The notes under the pieces were generated by a model that worked only from the letters and a program-made list of their open reading frames with translations, did no database searches and had not been told where the DNA came from. From Octopus sinensis (taxonomy: Eukaryota): a DNA stretch of 64,000 nt. Positions 1-12,838 of the stretch are shown one piece after another; within the stretch, counting starts at the first letter, position 1; each line of letters begins with the position of its first letter. Made by a program: the position numbers and the translations under genes. Where the stretch lies: assembly GCF_006345805.1 (NCBI RefSeq), contig NC_043000.1, positions 163,618,001-163,682,000 on the forward strand, in the 5' to 3' direction.

Positions 1-612
1 AAAGTGCAAAAATGTATCAGCTGCAGACGAAAGGCATTCAGCAGTTTAAATGGAATTGCTAAATCTGGGTTTCTGCATCTTTGTATTAGGGCTTCCGTTT
101 CTTGCAGTGCCAAAATATACTGAATAGATGAAAAGACATGATCTACCAAGTTCAGTCTAACATCTTTCCATTGTTACTCATAAGAAGCTTTGAACTCCAG
201 GTTTAATCATTTGACTTCAAATTCATTCGGTAAAAAAGTGTTTCGAGCAAAATTTCTTGACGTTGATGTGACTTACTATATTTAATGGTTGATTTTTGTA
301 ACATTGCAAAGTTTTGTTGGAATTAGGATGTAGTGTAATGTTGCTGCTGTTTCTAAAACGTCTAATGGTCTCTTTCAACAGCTCAAACATACATGTGTAC
401 ATACATCAGAAAGTAAGGTATCATATGAGGACTATTCGGCTACTCTTTTCAAAAGATCCGGCCGTGCCCCTCCAACTGCATCATGCATGGGCTGAGGGTC
501 CACAGAAGGAAGCATGTAGAGACACACTCGATGGATAATGCATACATACATACCTATATACATACATACATACTTACACACACACACACGTACACACACT
601 CACACACACACG

Positions 613-649
<37 letters not shown>

Positions 650-1961
650 TAGTAGCTAATACCATTAAGTCCAGCAACTGTGTATTAGTTCCTGTTTTAT
701 TGCGTGAGTTTCGAGGACATATTTCGTCGGGAAATGGGAAAAGCAAGTGATTCCTTCTCATGAAACACAGCAGAGAAATGGTGATAAGTAAATAAAATAT
801 TTAGCTTTATCAATAATAGCAATGCTGAAAATTTAAATAATTCAAAATATTAACGTTTGGATGTTTTGCATCTCAAATCAAATGTCGTGGTCACTTCCCT
901 ATCGATGTGGCGAATATTTGGCTTTTGCGGATGTTCATTTTGTAGCTACTTAATAACACGCGAGGATACACACGCAGAAGAAAAAAAAACATGCGTGTTT
1001 ACATGTGTGCGTGTGTGTTTGTATGTGGTGTGTGTGTATGCTACTTATATGTGTGCATGTATGCGTGTGTCAGATGAAATCCGAATTTCTCTTGTTTTCA
1101 ATTTTTATTCTTTAGTTTTTCTTTGTTACCTCTTTAGTTTCTTACTACTCGTGACACGAGATTATATGTTCCGACGATCATGACTCAGGAGTTACTGTTT
1201 CAAACCTAAGTCTTATATTTCCAAATATGGTTTTAGGTTTTCAAATCAGATCTTGTTATTTCAACTCTGGTGTTAGAATCTCGAACCTTAATCTATTTGC
1301 ACTTAATTGTTGTAAGGCTTTACATTAACGTTGTCCTATCTTTGTGAAAAAAAGAACCAAAAGCAAATATAAAGACAAACACGCATATTATGGTGTTTGT
1401 TCTGTGAATCAATATGCTAACGTATCTTTCGATCTGCAAGTATCTGTGTGTGTGTGTGTGTGTGTGTCCTTCTATGTGAATACATGCGTTTGTGTGAGGG
1501 ATGAAGAGCAAGGAAGATAGTGAGATATATAGGGAGGTACGTATATAAGTGTGTGTGTATACTTATACAAATATACAGCGTTAAAGTTTAGATAGAAAAT
1601 GCATTGACCAGAATAAATCTAAGATCAAAACTTAATCTAGAAGCAAGGATAAATAAAATATGATATTAAGAATAAGTGAAAAATATATGGTAGATCTAAG
1701 ATACTGCTAAATAGCTGCTATGACTGAGCTGACAGGTTTTCTAACACACACACACATACACGCACACATCCATCCATACATACAATCATACATACACACA
1801 TACATACATACATACATACATACATACATACATACATACATACATACATACATACATACATACGTACATACATACATACATACATAAGTTTCACGCCATA
1901 CAGAATGCCAATGTGAGGTTCGAGTCGCAAGAAAGGAATTCACTTTAAAGAAACTACATAC

Positions 1962-2200
1962 TCTAGACATGTATTGAGCACTCTCTTCATTCGTCGACAA
2001 AAAGTAATATTTGAATATGCTCCGTCAGTGTGTAATTTAATGCCATATATCTTGTGTAATAGGTTTAAGTCGTCCATTTCTGGCTCTTGCGCAACATTAA
2101 CGAAGGTCATTCTGTTACAAGCAAACTCAACAGGCATTTTATTTGTCTTACCCAGTTTGTATAGAAACCTCTGTTCCGCTCGTGGTCTAAACAGGGTCAG
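1962..2200 (-). other. Candidate coding exon or decayed ORF segment, product unknown (LTLFRPRAEQRFLYKLG...HTDGAYSNITFCRRMKRVLNTCL)
   Basis: Stop-free non-repetitive frame bounded by tcttttacag| acceptor and |gtatgt donor; 239 nt, phase 0 to 2. No family recognised. Confidence 0.3.
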
Positions 2201-3461
2201 CTGTAAAAGACGCGCGCCAGAATACACTAAAATTGGTCAAATACTTAGTTAATATCATTGAAGGTTTTCCTACCACCTAAAGCATAATCTCATAATCCAA
2301 AGAATATGTGGATTTTTGTGCAGTTCTTGGGAGGCCCGCGACTTCCAACTGGTCTGTTTATGAAGATACTAAATCTGATAATCCATAATCCATGTCTTCA
2401 TTTCTTCCACTTGATACTAACGCAGAAACTTTACATTAACACCGAAACTACGTTCACTGTTCCTCTTTGACATACATGCCTAACAATCGAACTCCCCAAC
2501 TCACATCTACTGGACAAGGAGATCCCTATTTACTTTCCAGAGTTCACCCATTTCTCAAAAACCACCTAAAATATCTCTGTAAGAAACACTCCTGCATATA
2601 ATACCAATACATTTTCTGGGATATTTTCTCTCATATACTACATCCTCTGGTGTACTTGCATCAAATTCGTTATAGTTCTTGTAATAACTGAAATCTGGCG
2701 ACTGCATACGAACTAACGGTCTTTCGAAACCCACCTCTTAGCCAAAACGTTAGAGACTTAGCAGCACTTTGTATCAGTCTTGGAAGAAGGGAAGAAAGCA
2801 ACTGATTATAAACATGCAAATAATTGCCAACAAAAAAAATCAGATGAAAGAAAACATTCTTCACAAAAAAAAAAGAAAAGAAATTCGTGTCGAATATTTT
2901 ACCAGATTCAAAGGAATGTGAAACTAAGTCGTAAATACGATGAAATAATATAATATATCCTAACTTAATTTAAAGCTAATTTTAGAATCTTGCATATAAA
3001 ATTTTAACGATTAGAAAATTATTGACCAACACATGAGGAAATTTCCATCTGAAAGAATGATTGGGAGATGCACCAAGGTACAAAATCTAATTCGTACAAA
3101 TTTAAGTGAAAATATAAAAGTTATTATCTTTCTAATTTTTCAATCTGTCGGTGCAGAAAATATTACATTATCTTTTTATCTAACTATTGTTCAAAAATAT
3201 CACATACAAATGCTATATAATAAAGATTTATGTATGGAAATTTTCATAAGATGATATTGTATTTCGTATTAATCTAAGGCGTTCAATTGGTAAAAAATTA
3301 AAATTAACTTACTGTATCATATTTCATATTTCTATGTTCTAAGTTCATATTATGCAGAATCTCCCATTCACCTTTTGTATGAGAGGTGGGGTGTATAAAT
3401 TATGTGCTGTTAATAAAACAAATGGCTTGGTCAATCGTTTGATAATCAAATCTGTCGTCTT

Positions 3462-3502
3462 ATCAGAGCCCTTTCGTCGCACTTTGTGACCTCATCAGTG
3501 AC
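3462..3502 (-). ncRNA. Degenerate hammerhead ribozyme-like motif
   Basis: Minus strand GTCA-CTGATGA-G-GTCACAAAGTGCGAC-GAAA-GGGC-TC-TGAT: intact core, stem II with one mismatch, 4-bp stem I, non-palindromic stem III. Confidence 0.45.
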
Positions 3503-3506
3503 TTAC

Positions 3507-3615
3507 CCTCAACTGCTCCAGTTTCACATCATGGAACCATGGAAAATAAACGCAAGAAAGGTACGCTTCCATAATTTAATTCATAAGACTGATATTTTCA
3601 AATTCGAGCAGGTAC
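3507..3615 (-). other. Candidate exon (109 nt) with one in-frame TAA
   Basis: Long pyrimidine tract ending ttttaccacag| and donor |gtaagt; phase 2 to 0; YLLEFENISLMN*IMEAYLSCVYFPWFHDVKLEQLR. Confidence 0.3.
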
Positions 3616-3719
3616 CTGTGGTAAAAACCGTTTAATTAAAAGAAAAGGAAAAGAAAATTAGTGACTATGGTATCCTACAGTGGTGTACACTCCATCAAAA
3701 GCAGTCAAAAAGAGGTGAT

Positions 3720-3782
<63 letters not shown>

Positions 3783-5480
3783 AATCTCTAAATATATAAT
3801 TATTAATTTAATGTATGAATTACCTATAGATTTTTGTAGCATGCTGACTACCTGATGAAAATCATTAACGTGATTTTATCCTTATATTTTATTATGAATT
3901 AATACACACATATACACACACATATATACACACACGCGTGTATTTTATATATATATATATATGTGTGTGTGTGTCTGTGTGTGTGCATGTATATATATAT
4001 ATATATATATATGTCCCCTCTGGTGGTCACCCCTTGTTGTGGTTTGTGTGCATATGCTTGAATGCATTCAAATGTATATGTACGATCCGAGCAGAGAGAT
4101 GTATATTCATGAATGTGCGGTGTTTATATTTCATTAGACGGCAGGCTGCCACTCGCGTGCGTGAGTTCCACCGAACAGATTGGTAACGGAAGAAGAGAGA
4201 TTGTAATACAGCGAAGTTGTGTGCGTGTCAAAGCAAAACTGGAGAGGTGTCAGTCGGGGCTACAGGTATGTATGGTGGGATGGTTAGCCGTTTACATGTA
4301 TATATAGAGAGAGATATATAGATAGATTGATAGATACATATATACATACAAACATACAAACATGCATACATACATAAATGCATACATACGTACATATAAG
4401 CACACATAGATGAGCGTGTTCGCATGTGTGTGCTCGTGATTTATGTCATGTTAGATGATAGCCGTCTCATTCGAGAAGGGTATCATCTGTCTACTAGTTT
4501 ACAGTGAGATACGCTTGAACGACACATATACTACTCTTTAAGTATCCGTGTTTAAATATCCAGTGACAAGCATGAGCATGATGACCGGAAACGATTTCAA
4601 GAGCGGGTTTTATATCAGAAAACATAGCTACTAGATTTTTCCCGTAAAAGGATACCCAGAAGTCAGTTAGGATTTATTTTTGGAATTTTTTTGCTTTAGC
4701 GTGACCCGAAACAAATACCTGGGTATTTTTATGTCCTCACAAAATACGTGTTTGTGTGTGTGTGTGAATGTATGTCCGTGTGTCTGTGTTTCTGTGTGTT
4801 TGCGTGTGTGTATGTGTGCGTATATGTGTGTGTTTTCCTTTTTATTCTCCCTTTTTGAAGTTAAAAGATATAATATTCAAATCAATTTTTTAATTTAAAT
4901 TTGATTTTTATTGCTATTGTTATACATAAGTATGTATTCAGATTTCTATAATGCCCCAGTTTACCATATATCCATTGGCTTTAAATAATCATTACTGAAA
5001 CCGAACTGAAGAAATATTTATAAACACATAGCCCACAAACTTGCCTCCTTAATACATAAAGGTTGACGTTTCTACATATTAATCAAATTGCTTACAAGTC
5101 ATTGAACGCGCAGAGAGAAATATACTGACTAACAATCTTTACACCTATCCACATCCTCTTGTGAATATCAAAGCAAAAGATAGACGATTTTTTATCCTAA
5201 CAACATCATGGCCTACTCGACTAATAACTTCCACTTTACAAATACAAATAGGAATTACTCTAAATAACTTCAATAAGAATCTTATTGAGCAGCTACAACG
5301 TACCACCTATTTACACCCTTTTGTGGGCCCTTAAAAATTCCATAACAAAAATCTGAGACGCCCAATTCCTAAGTCTTTAAATGCTTGACTAAAATTCGAA
5401 CTCTTATTTTTACATTGCCAATGAAAAGGATTAAACCGAATAAAACCAAAAATGATTAAATTAACAACACATCGACTTAC

Positions 5481-5527
5481 CTATTTCCTTTTCCTAAAAA
5501 GTTATCCCATGGCCGAAGCTGACGCAC
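5481..5527 (-). other. Candidate exon (47 nt)
   Basis: gtgtttatttag| acceptor and ag|gtaagt donor; only one frame open (VRQLRPWDNFLGKGN), phase 0 to 2. Confidence 0.3.
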
Positions 5528-6648
5528 CTAAATAAACACCCAAAATGAATAAATTCTGAACAATAACATAACCTCAAATCTAATCAATAAGAATTCTCCA
5601 CAACACCTCTTCATCACAACCCACCCTACAACCTAATTACGATTCAAGTGAACCCCAGAAACCTCAGAAAAAATTATCTGAACAGGGTCGATTTAAAACC
5701 AAGATTAATTTTATGCATCACACTCCGATGATGGCTTAGCAGGCCGCAAATTCTAGGTCACTGTCAATACTATTCTTGTTAAAGAAAAATAAATTCTTGT
5801 TCTACAAAAGTATGGATATTAATTCTTAAAAGCGCATCGGTACAGTGTTTTGGTTTTCATATTTCAATTTTATTTCTGGATGAAACAATCTACTCATTTC
5901 ATTCAAATTAATTACGCATGCATTATTAAGTATTAATCATGTAATGCCTAGATATGTCTACATTTTAGCAATGGAAATAGCTGTTGCTCTTAAGTATAAA
6001 ATCTTAAAGCATCAGTCCCATCTTTGTATTTATTTGCTAAATAATTTGCTTTGATAACTTGGTTTAACCAGTTTAACTCCTTGCAAACTCACTTCCATTG
6101 TGGATATTGCATTGACATAATATTAATAAAAGTTGGGCACTTAAATTCAATGGCACTAGTTCAAGATATGTTTGTGTATATGTGTGCGTATGTGTGTGTT
6201 ATTCATCTTCATGCAAGTGTTTGTGTGTGTGAAGTCAGAAATTAAATAATCTGCTACAAGTATTGAAGTAGAATACTGTTTATCTTATGGTCGCACCGTC
6301 AGAGTGAATAACCCCAATTTATAGTTTCAGCTCTATAAAGGCAAAGGCCTCCTCAAATGTCAATTGTTTCTCCTCAAGCCTACAAAATAGAGGTAGAACC
6401 CATTATGCTTCACGAGTTTAACATCACCGACAATCTTGGCCAACATTTATATTCGGTTAACTATCACATGAACAAAGCCTTGTCTTTTCTCTGATCCAAA
6501 TACATTCAGGTGAAATAAATCCCTAGATATTGGAACAAGCTACAGTAGCTTAAAACTGGCTTTGGGTGGATTCTCTTCTTTCCGTTAACCATTTTATCCA
6601 CAGAGGCAAAATTACAGCCCGAATTTAAGTATGCAATAAATACACACA

Positions 6649-6710
<62 letters not shown>

Positions 6711-6749
6711 CAGTTGAAAATTTCGGACAGAGATTCCACGTGGTGATAA

Positions 6750-8345
6750 ATGTAAAATAAGATATAAGGCGAAAAATTACAGAAGTCATGTTTGTGTAGA
6801 TAAAGATTATTTAATCCATTACAATATGTACAGAGTCAATCGGTTTCGCTTCGCAAATCATGACTCAATGTTATGAAATCATACGTTTTTGAATTATAGT
6901 TGGCGTACCTTAGCACGTCTGGATATGTGATCACCGAGTGGTATTTAACATTATTGGGTTTGGTTGCTTTGTTCTCTGTGTAGTGAAGATCTACATCTTA
7001 AGGACATTCTTGTCGAACTTATGTAGTTCCTTCCGCAAACGGAAAATGTTATGACGTAGATGAGATTTTTAGAGGCGCAAATGAAGTCAGTTTTATTTTT
7101 TTATTTTTGTCCCTGTAAACAGGGAATTCTGAGCCTTCCATTATGTTGAAACATATTCCACAGTTCGGTCGCCCACATTATTTAACTCTTGCTTCCCTTA
7201 GTTTTTAGTATAGTTTTGCATTTGAGAGTATCCATTTTAGTGGTTTTGGCTCTTTGTTGCTTTTAATAATTTTATGGGCGCGTAGAATTTCATACAGCTT
7301 AGGGTCCTTATGCAGTATTGGAAGGTTTCAGATGAAAGTATAATATGCTTCGTTGTTTCTGGGGGTTGTATGTAGAAAATTATAAGCAAATAGTTTTAGA
7401 ATAGGTGCGTTCTTTTGTTTGACCTCTGTTAGTCTTTGTATATTAATTATTTTTGCACGTTTTATCCCATCATCTATATGCGAAGTTGGGTAATGTCTGT
7501 CGACGAGTATGTTTTTGGGTTCTTACAGTATGAGTTATATGGTGTGTTTTTCCGACACTATAGTGCAGATGCTTCTCGCCAGATTGAATATGATGTTTAT
7601 TGTAATATGTCTCGGGTGGCATGAGCTAAATATCAGGTATTGTTTCCAGTCTGTAGTTTTGTAAAATATGTCGGTTTCTCTTTTTTATTTACTTTTTTTT
7701 ATTAGTATATCTAGGAAAGGGAGTTCCTTAATGTTGTGTTCCATTGTGAATTCTATATTTGTATTTATGCTATCAAGAAGTCTTTTGAATTCCAAAAGTT
7801 TCTCCATGTTCTCATTCCATAGAATGAGACAGCCATCCAAATGTCTTTTCCAGTTTTCTTTTATGTATTGGGAAAGAGAATTTCCGAATTTTGTGAGTGA
7901 CTCCTGGTATATTGTTATTTCCAAATAGACCATTGTCAGGTTTACAAGAGCGGGAGCTGCCTTAGTTTTCATCGTAACTCCCATTATACAGTATACAGTG
8001 GTGTCAAATAGGAAGTGAATATGATGGAGAATAAATTTTACTGATTTTCCCAGCCAGAACTTTATTGCTTCTAATCCATGATTATCGGAGATCTTAGTAT
8101 ACAGGTTTACAACATCAAAACAGATCATCAGTGGTTTTTCCTTTACCTTTTTTGGGTGGGGGTGGTTTGATATGTCCAAATCATCTCTAATGTAACTTTT
8201 TTTATGTATTTTAGAAGTGGTTTCAAGAGGATGTCACTGAAGTAACTCAGTCGGTGCCTTTCACAGGATTGTCCAGCTATAATAGGCCTTTATTTAAGGT
8301 CTCCTGGTGTTGGTATATGCATGTATTACACAAGTGCACGCACGC

Positions 8346-8377
<32 letters not shown>

Positions 8378-8890
8378 TTTAGTGTGTTTGTAATTGCTTC
8401 ATTCATAATATGGATTTTACGAATATTCGGTAAGCTATAGAAGGGGATGGGTTTACATTTAAAGTTAGTTACGTAGTCTATTTCTGTTTTCATCATGCCT
8501 TTTCCCCTTTTCCGTGTAGTTGAACTAATGTCGAGAGACTTTCAATATTCTTTGGGAACTGTAGTCTTCGCTAGTTTCGTAGTAGTCTTCATTATTCAGC
8601 ATGGATATCGCTAGGTTATTGTAGTAAACCGTGTCCATCACTACTACCGCAATCCTTTTATCGTTTTCGTTAATTTTTAATTCCGCATCATTTTGTAATT
8701 TAATTAATTCTTTCCATTGGTTAGCGCTGAAGTTTGAGTTAATTTTTTTGTTTTTGTAGGATGTGATAGGGGACGTTTTCAATGGGGTTACAGAAATCGT
8801 CGACTGTTTTATTTCTACGTTTGTATCGGATGTAGTTACTTCTGTTTTTAACTAGTTAATCATCGTAAATATTAGAGTTAACTAGTGCTT
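6750..8890 (-). mobile_element. Penelope-like element relic (RT plus decayed GIY-YIG region)
   Basis: DKRIAVVVMD (8525-8782); RPIIAG..C; FDVVNLYT; AAPALVNLTM.YLE; WKRHLDGCLILW; IEFTMEH..KELPFLDILIKK; Cys motif CGRPNCGIC downstream. Many stops and frameshifts; CA tract inside. Confidence 0.9.
6833..6866 (-). ncRNA. Decayed hammerhead motif at the 3' end of the Penelope-like element
   Basis: GAGTCA/TGACTC 6-bp stem I flanking TGATT..GC-GAAA-CCGA-TT; core partly deleted. Confidence 0.4.
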
Positions 8891-9020
8891 CTGTAAATAT
8901 ACATATACATACATATATATATATATATTCACACACACACAACACACACATACACAAACACACACACACACACACCACACACACACACACACACACACCA
9001 CACACACACACATATATATA

Positions 9021-9058
<38 letters not shown>

Positions 9059-9059
9059 T

Positions 9060-11035
9060 TCATCTGCAGACCGACATGAAAACCTCCATTGAAAATCAAA
9101 GAGCTGTGGAGGAACAGTGGGTAATCAAAAACATCAAACAGAACCCAAAAGTGTTCTATTCTTATGCAAGCAAGCATAGAACCACTGTCTCACCCGTTGG
9201 GCCATTGATTGATGACAATGGCATTCCCCAACACGATGCTAAAGAAATGGCAGAAATACTGCAGAAACAATACTGCTCTGTCTTTAGTGTTCCCACTGAT
9301 ATTGACGCAAGAGAAGCGAACGAAGTTGACTCCCAACATAAAATCTCAGACATAACCTTCACTGCCACTGACATCACAGCAGCAATAAATGAGGTCAAAT
9401 ACTACTCTGCTGTAGGCCCTGATAGATTCCCCGCTAGTCTCCTGAAGGAATGTAGACACCAACTTGCAGTCCCTCTGACCAACCTCTGGAGAAATTCGTT
9501 AGACGCAGGTTATATACCGAAACAGTTTCTATCCCAGTCAGTCTTTCCCGGTTTTCAAACAGGGAAACAGATCCCTCGCACTCAACTATCGCCCAATCTC
9601 ACTCACCCCCCACATCATCAAAGTGTTTGAAAGAGTGTTAAGATCAAGGATAGCTGACTTCCTGGAGACCCACAAGCTCCTAAATGCAAATCAGCATGGC
9701 TTTCGCTGAGGCAGGGACTGTCTAACACAGCTCTTACACCACATTGAAGATCTACTCAAAGCCTTGGGAACAGGTTCGAACTCTGACGTCATATATCTTG
9801 ACTCAGTAAAGCGTTCGACAGGGTAGACCATAATATCCTACTCTCAAAATTGGCAAATATTGGAATCCGTGGAAAAGTTCTACACTGGATTAAGTACTTC
9901 CTGGCGAATAGAACACAACATGTTGTAGTTGATGGAGTCCACTCAAGCCCAGCAAAAGTCACCAGCGGTGTCCCCCAGGAGACTGTCTTGGGTCCGCTAC
10001 TCTTCATAATTTACATAAACGACCTTTCCAGTGTCGTACATTACTGCAAAGTGAAAATATTTGCTGATGACACTAAGCTCCAGCAAATCGTCAATGAAGA
10101 AGAAGACCGAACTCAACTCCAGTCTGATCTATATGCTGTGAGTCAATGGGCAGACAGAAACAAAATGCAACTGAACGAGGGAAAATTTGAGCTGATGCAT
10201 TTTGGAAGAAATTCCTCACTAAAACAGCCATACTCTCTTCCTTCAGGGGAACCACTCACAGCCTCTAACAATATCAGAGACCTGGGTGTAATTGTTGATG
10301 ACGATCTCAGTTGGAGTGCACACATCAACAAGAAGGTCAATATAGCTCGTAGGATGAGTTCCTGGATCTTGAGAACTTTCCGGTCCAGAGAACAAGGTGT
10401 CATCATACCACTTTTCTCCTCCTTTGTACGGCCACACCTCGAATACTGCTGCCCACTGTGGTCTCCTCATACAAGACAAAACATCTCGAGGATTGAATCA
10501 CCCCAGAGGGCACTCACTAAACGAATTGAAGGCATGGCTGCTCTCGATTATTGGGATCGCCTTAAAGCCTTGAAACTCTACTCTCTCCAGCGTCGTCGTG
10601 AGCGGTACATCATTTGTACGATGTGGAGAATATACCGCCAACTTTGCCCAAACGACCTGAACGTTAGCTTCAAGGTTCATCCAAGACTGGGACCACGGGC
10701 CATACGTCCCCTGCCCAATTCAAGATCACAGCATACATGTACACTGCAACATAATTTATTTTTCTCAACAGGCTCTGCCCTATTTAACAATGTCCTGAAA
10801 GAGATCAAAGAGGAAAAAGATCCCATCAACTTTAAACGGTGTCTGGATAGATTCCTTCAAAGAATACCTGATAAGCCACCCATAATTGGATACAGCTCAC
10901 CCAACAAGAACTTACTACTTGAATGGACCATAAACAAAACTTGACTTAAACAGGATTCGAATTATCCTATCAGGTGGTGCTATTAAGTTAGACATGGCCT
11001 GGACCAATCTTTGGTCGAAACATATCTAAGTTTAT
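9060..11035 (+). mobile_element. 5'-truncated CR1/L2-group LINE (ORF2 RT and C-terminus, 3' UTR)
   Basis: GPDRFPASLLKEC, NYRPISLT, QHGFR, KAFDRVDH, SGVPQETVLGPLLFIIYINDL, FADDTKL, RPHLEYCCPLWSP, LYSLQRRRER; a few frameshifts and one stop; ends at a TA tract. Confidence 0.92.
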
Positions 11036-11059
11036 CTATGTTTATATATATATATATAT

Positions 11060-11258
11060 ATATTTCGTTTTGGATTTGGTTTGCAAGATTCTTTATGTGA
11101 GTTCGTGTGTTGAAGCATATTCTGTTGTGTCTGGGGGGAGTCATTTTCTTTTTGTGCCTTATAATGTAACACACTCACCGGTAAAATTTCCACTTATTTT
11201 TTGTTTTTATTTTCCTAAAATTTGCTTTGCATCTTGCAACCTTTTCAGTAGTCTTGAC

Positions 11259-11262
<4 letters not shown>
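11060..11262 (-). mobile_element. Probable Penelope-like terminal fragment with decayed hammerhead motif
   Basis: Minus strand CTGAAAA-GGTTGC-AAGAT-GCAAA followed by an ATG (MTPPRHNR); homologous to 31020-31160. Confidence 0.5.
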
Positions 11263-11293
<31 letters not shown>

Positions 11294-11809
11294 CATACAT
11301 ATATGCATACATACATAAGCACATACATGCATTCATACAATGTACACCACGAATACACGTTATTCCAATTATTTACACCATCTTGTCTAACTATCGAGAG
11401 ATAATTCACCCTTCATGATTTTGTCCTCCATCTTAGTGTCTTTTATTACCATCATCATTTTCTCTCAAATTTATTTCATATCACTTCCAGCTATAGTTAC
11501 CTAATACTATTAAACACCCTATTGTTCCCTTACAAGTGTTCGAAACCATAATGTGTTTCACCGAGGGTTGGTGAAGACCTTCATGTTATTTTAGCGACCT
11601 GTTTTTAATACCAATTTGTTTATATTTATATCTATTTGTTTATAACTCTTTCCTGCTCTTGTACGAGTAAACACCGGTCGCAAGACTCTCCACTTTCTCA
11701 CCATCCCTTCCACCTGAATTACTTCGTCATTTGTTTGCTTTATTTAATTTATATGCCTGTATCTCTTTTTCTCACACTTTGTAGCACATGCTTTTACTCA
11801 CGCACACAC

Positions 11810-11840
<31 letters not shown>

Positions 11841-11914
11841 TGTATGTATGTATGTATGTATGTATGTATGTATGTATATTTATACATACATACATGCACA
11901 TACATATATATATA

Positions 11915-12262
11915 GCCGCAGGAGTGGCTGTGTAGTATGATGTTTACTTCCCAGCCACATGTTCCGGGTTCAGTCTCACTGCACCTTGGGCAAGTGTCTT
12001 CTACTTTAGCCTCGGGCCTACCAGAACCTTGTGAATGGATATGATGGCCGTGTGTGTGTGTATTTGTGCCCCATGATGGTTTTACAACTGCTGTTGGTGT
12101 GTTCACGTCCCCGCATCTTATCAGTAAAATTTACCGATAGAATACGTACTTGGATTTAAGGAAAAGAAATGTACAAAAGTACTGGAATCGATTAGTTTGA
12201 ATAAGATCCTCCAAGATAGTGCCCCAGCATGGCCGCATTCTGTTGACTGAAACAAGTAAAAT
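11915..12262 (+). mobile_element. tRNA-derived SINE, family A (full length, internal TG tract)
   Basis: Head ggagtggctgtg..gttccgggttcagtc (A/B-box-like); tail ccagcatggccgca..tgactgaaacaagtaaaa; several copies in the window. Confidence 0.85.
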
Positions 12263-12489
12263 ACACACACACACACACATAACACCCCCACATATATATA
12301 TATATGTATATACATATATATATATATATATACACACACATATATATCACTCACGCGAGCAATGCAATGAACATATTAGAAATAGGCTTAACTTTGCGTT
12401 GAATACATCAGTAAGTAATGTATATTTCAATACCAATTGATCTCACCTTCTTCATGACCAACATACTCTGGGATCTCTATATGTATGTT

Positions 12490-12605
12490 AGGAGCAATGT
12501 GGTCGCAGAAATTGTCTGACACCCAATACTGGATTCTCCTGCTTGTGCGGCATGGTGCAAAATCTTCTTGCCAGACATAGCGTCTTCCAGGAGTCACCCT
12601 CTTGG
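12490..12605 (-). mobile_element. Tc1/mariner maT-type transposase fragment
   Basis: YVWQEDFAPCRTSRRIQYWVSDNFCDHIAPNI; homologous to 14470-14560. Confidence 0.75.
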
Positions 12606-12611
12606 GTTATA

Positions 12612-12690
<79 letters not shown>

Positions 12691-12787
12691 AGAAAATGGA
12701 TATAATAACAATGGGAAACTCGTAGTTTTCGCTGGTATGTCCTTAATTAAATAGATAACAAAGAAGGAAGAAGCAGAGATGAGGGAA

Positions 12788-12838
12788 GCATTTACGATCG
12801 CTTCAATTTACTGGTTTAAGTAAATCTCTTCAGAATGC
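12788..12838 (-). ncRNA. Near-intact type I hammerhead ribozyme
   Basis: GCATT-CTGAAGA-GATTTACT-TAAACC-AGTAAATT-GAAG-CGATCG-T-A-AATGC: 5-bp stem I, 8-bp stem II, palindromic stem III; two core substitutions. Confidence 0.7.

Noticed and set aside
1-380. Open minus-strand peptides near the window edge (including CSKHF, THAP-like)
   Set aside because: The other THAP residues are absent, splice acceptors are weak and the region is truncated by the window.
3851-3880. CTGATGA followed by a hairpin
   Set aside because: No GAAA after the stem, so it is not a hammerhead.
5000-5700. C/A-skewed stretch suggestive of a mitochondrial insertion
   Set aside because: No mitochondrial protein or rRNA motif recognised under the invertebrate mitochondrial code.
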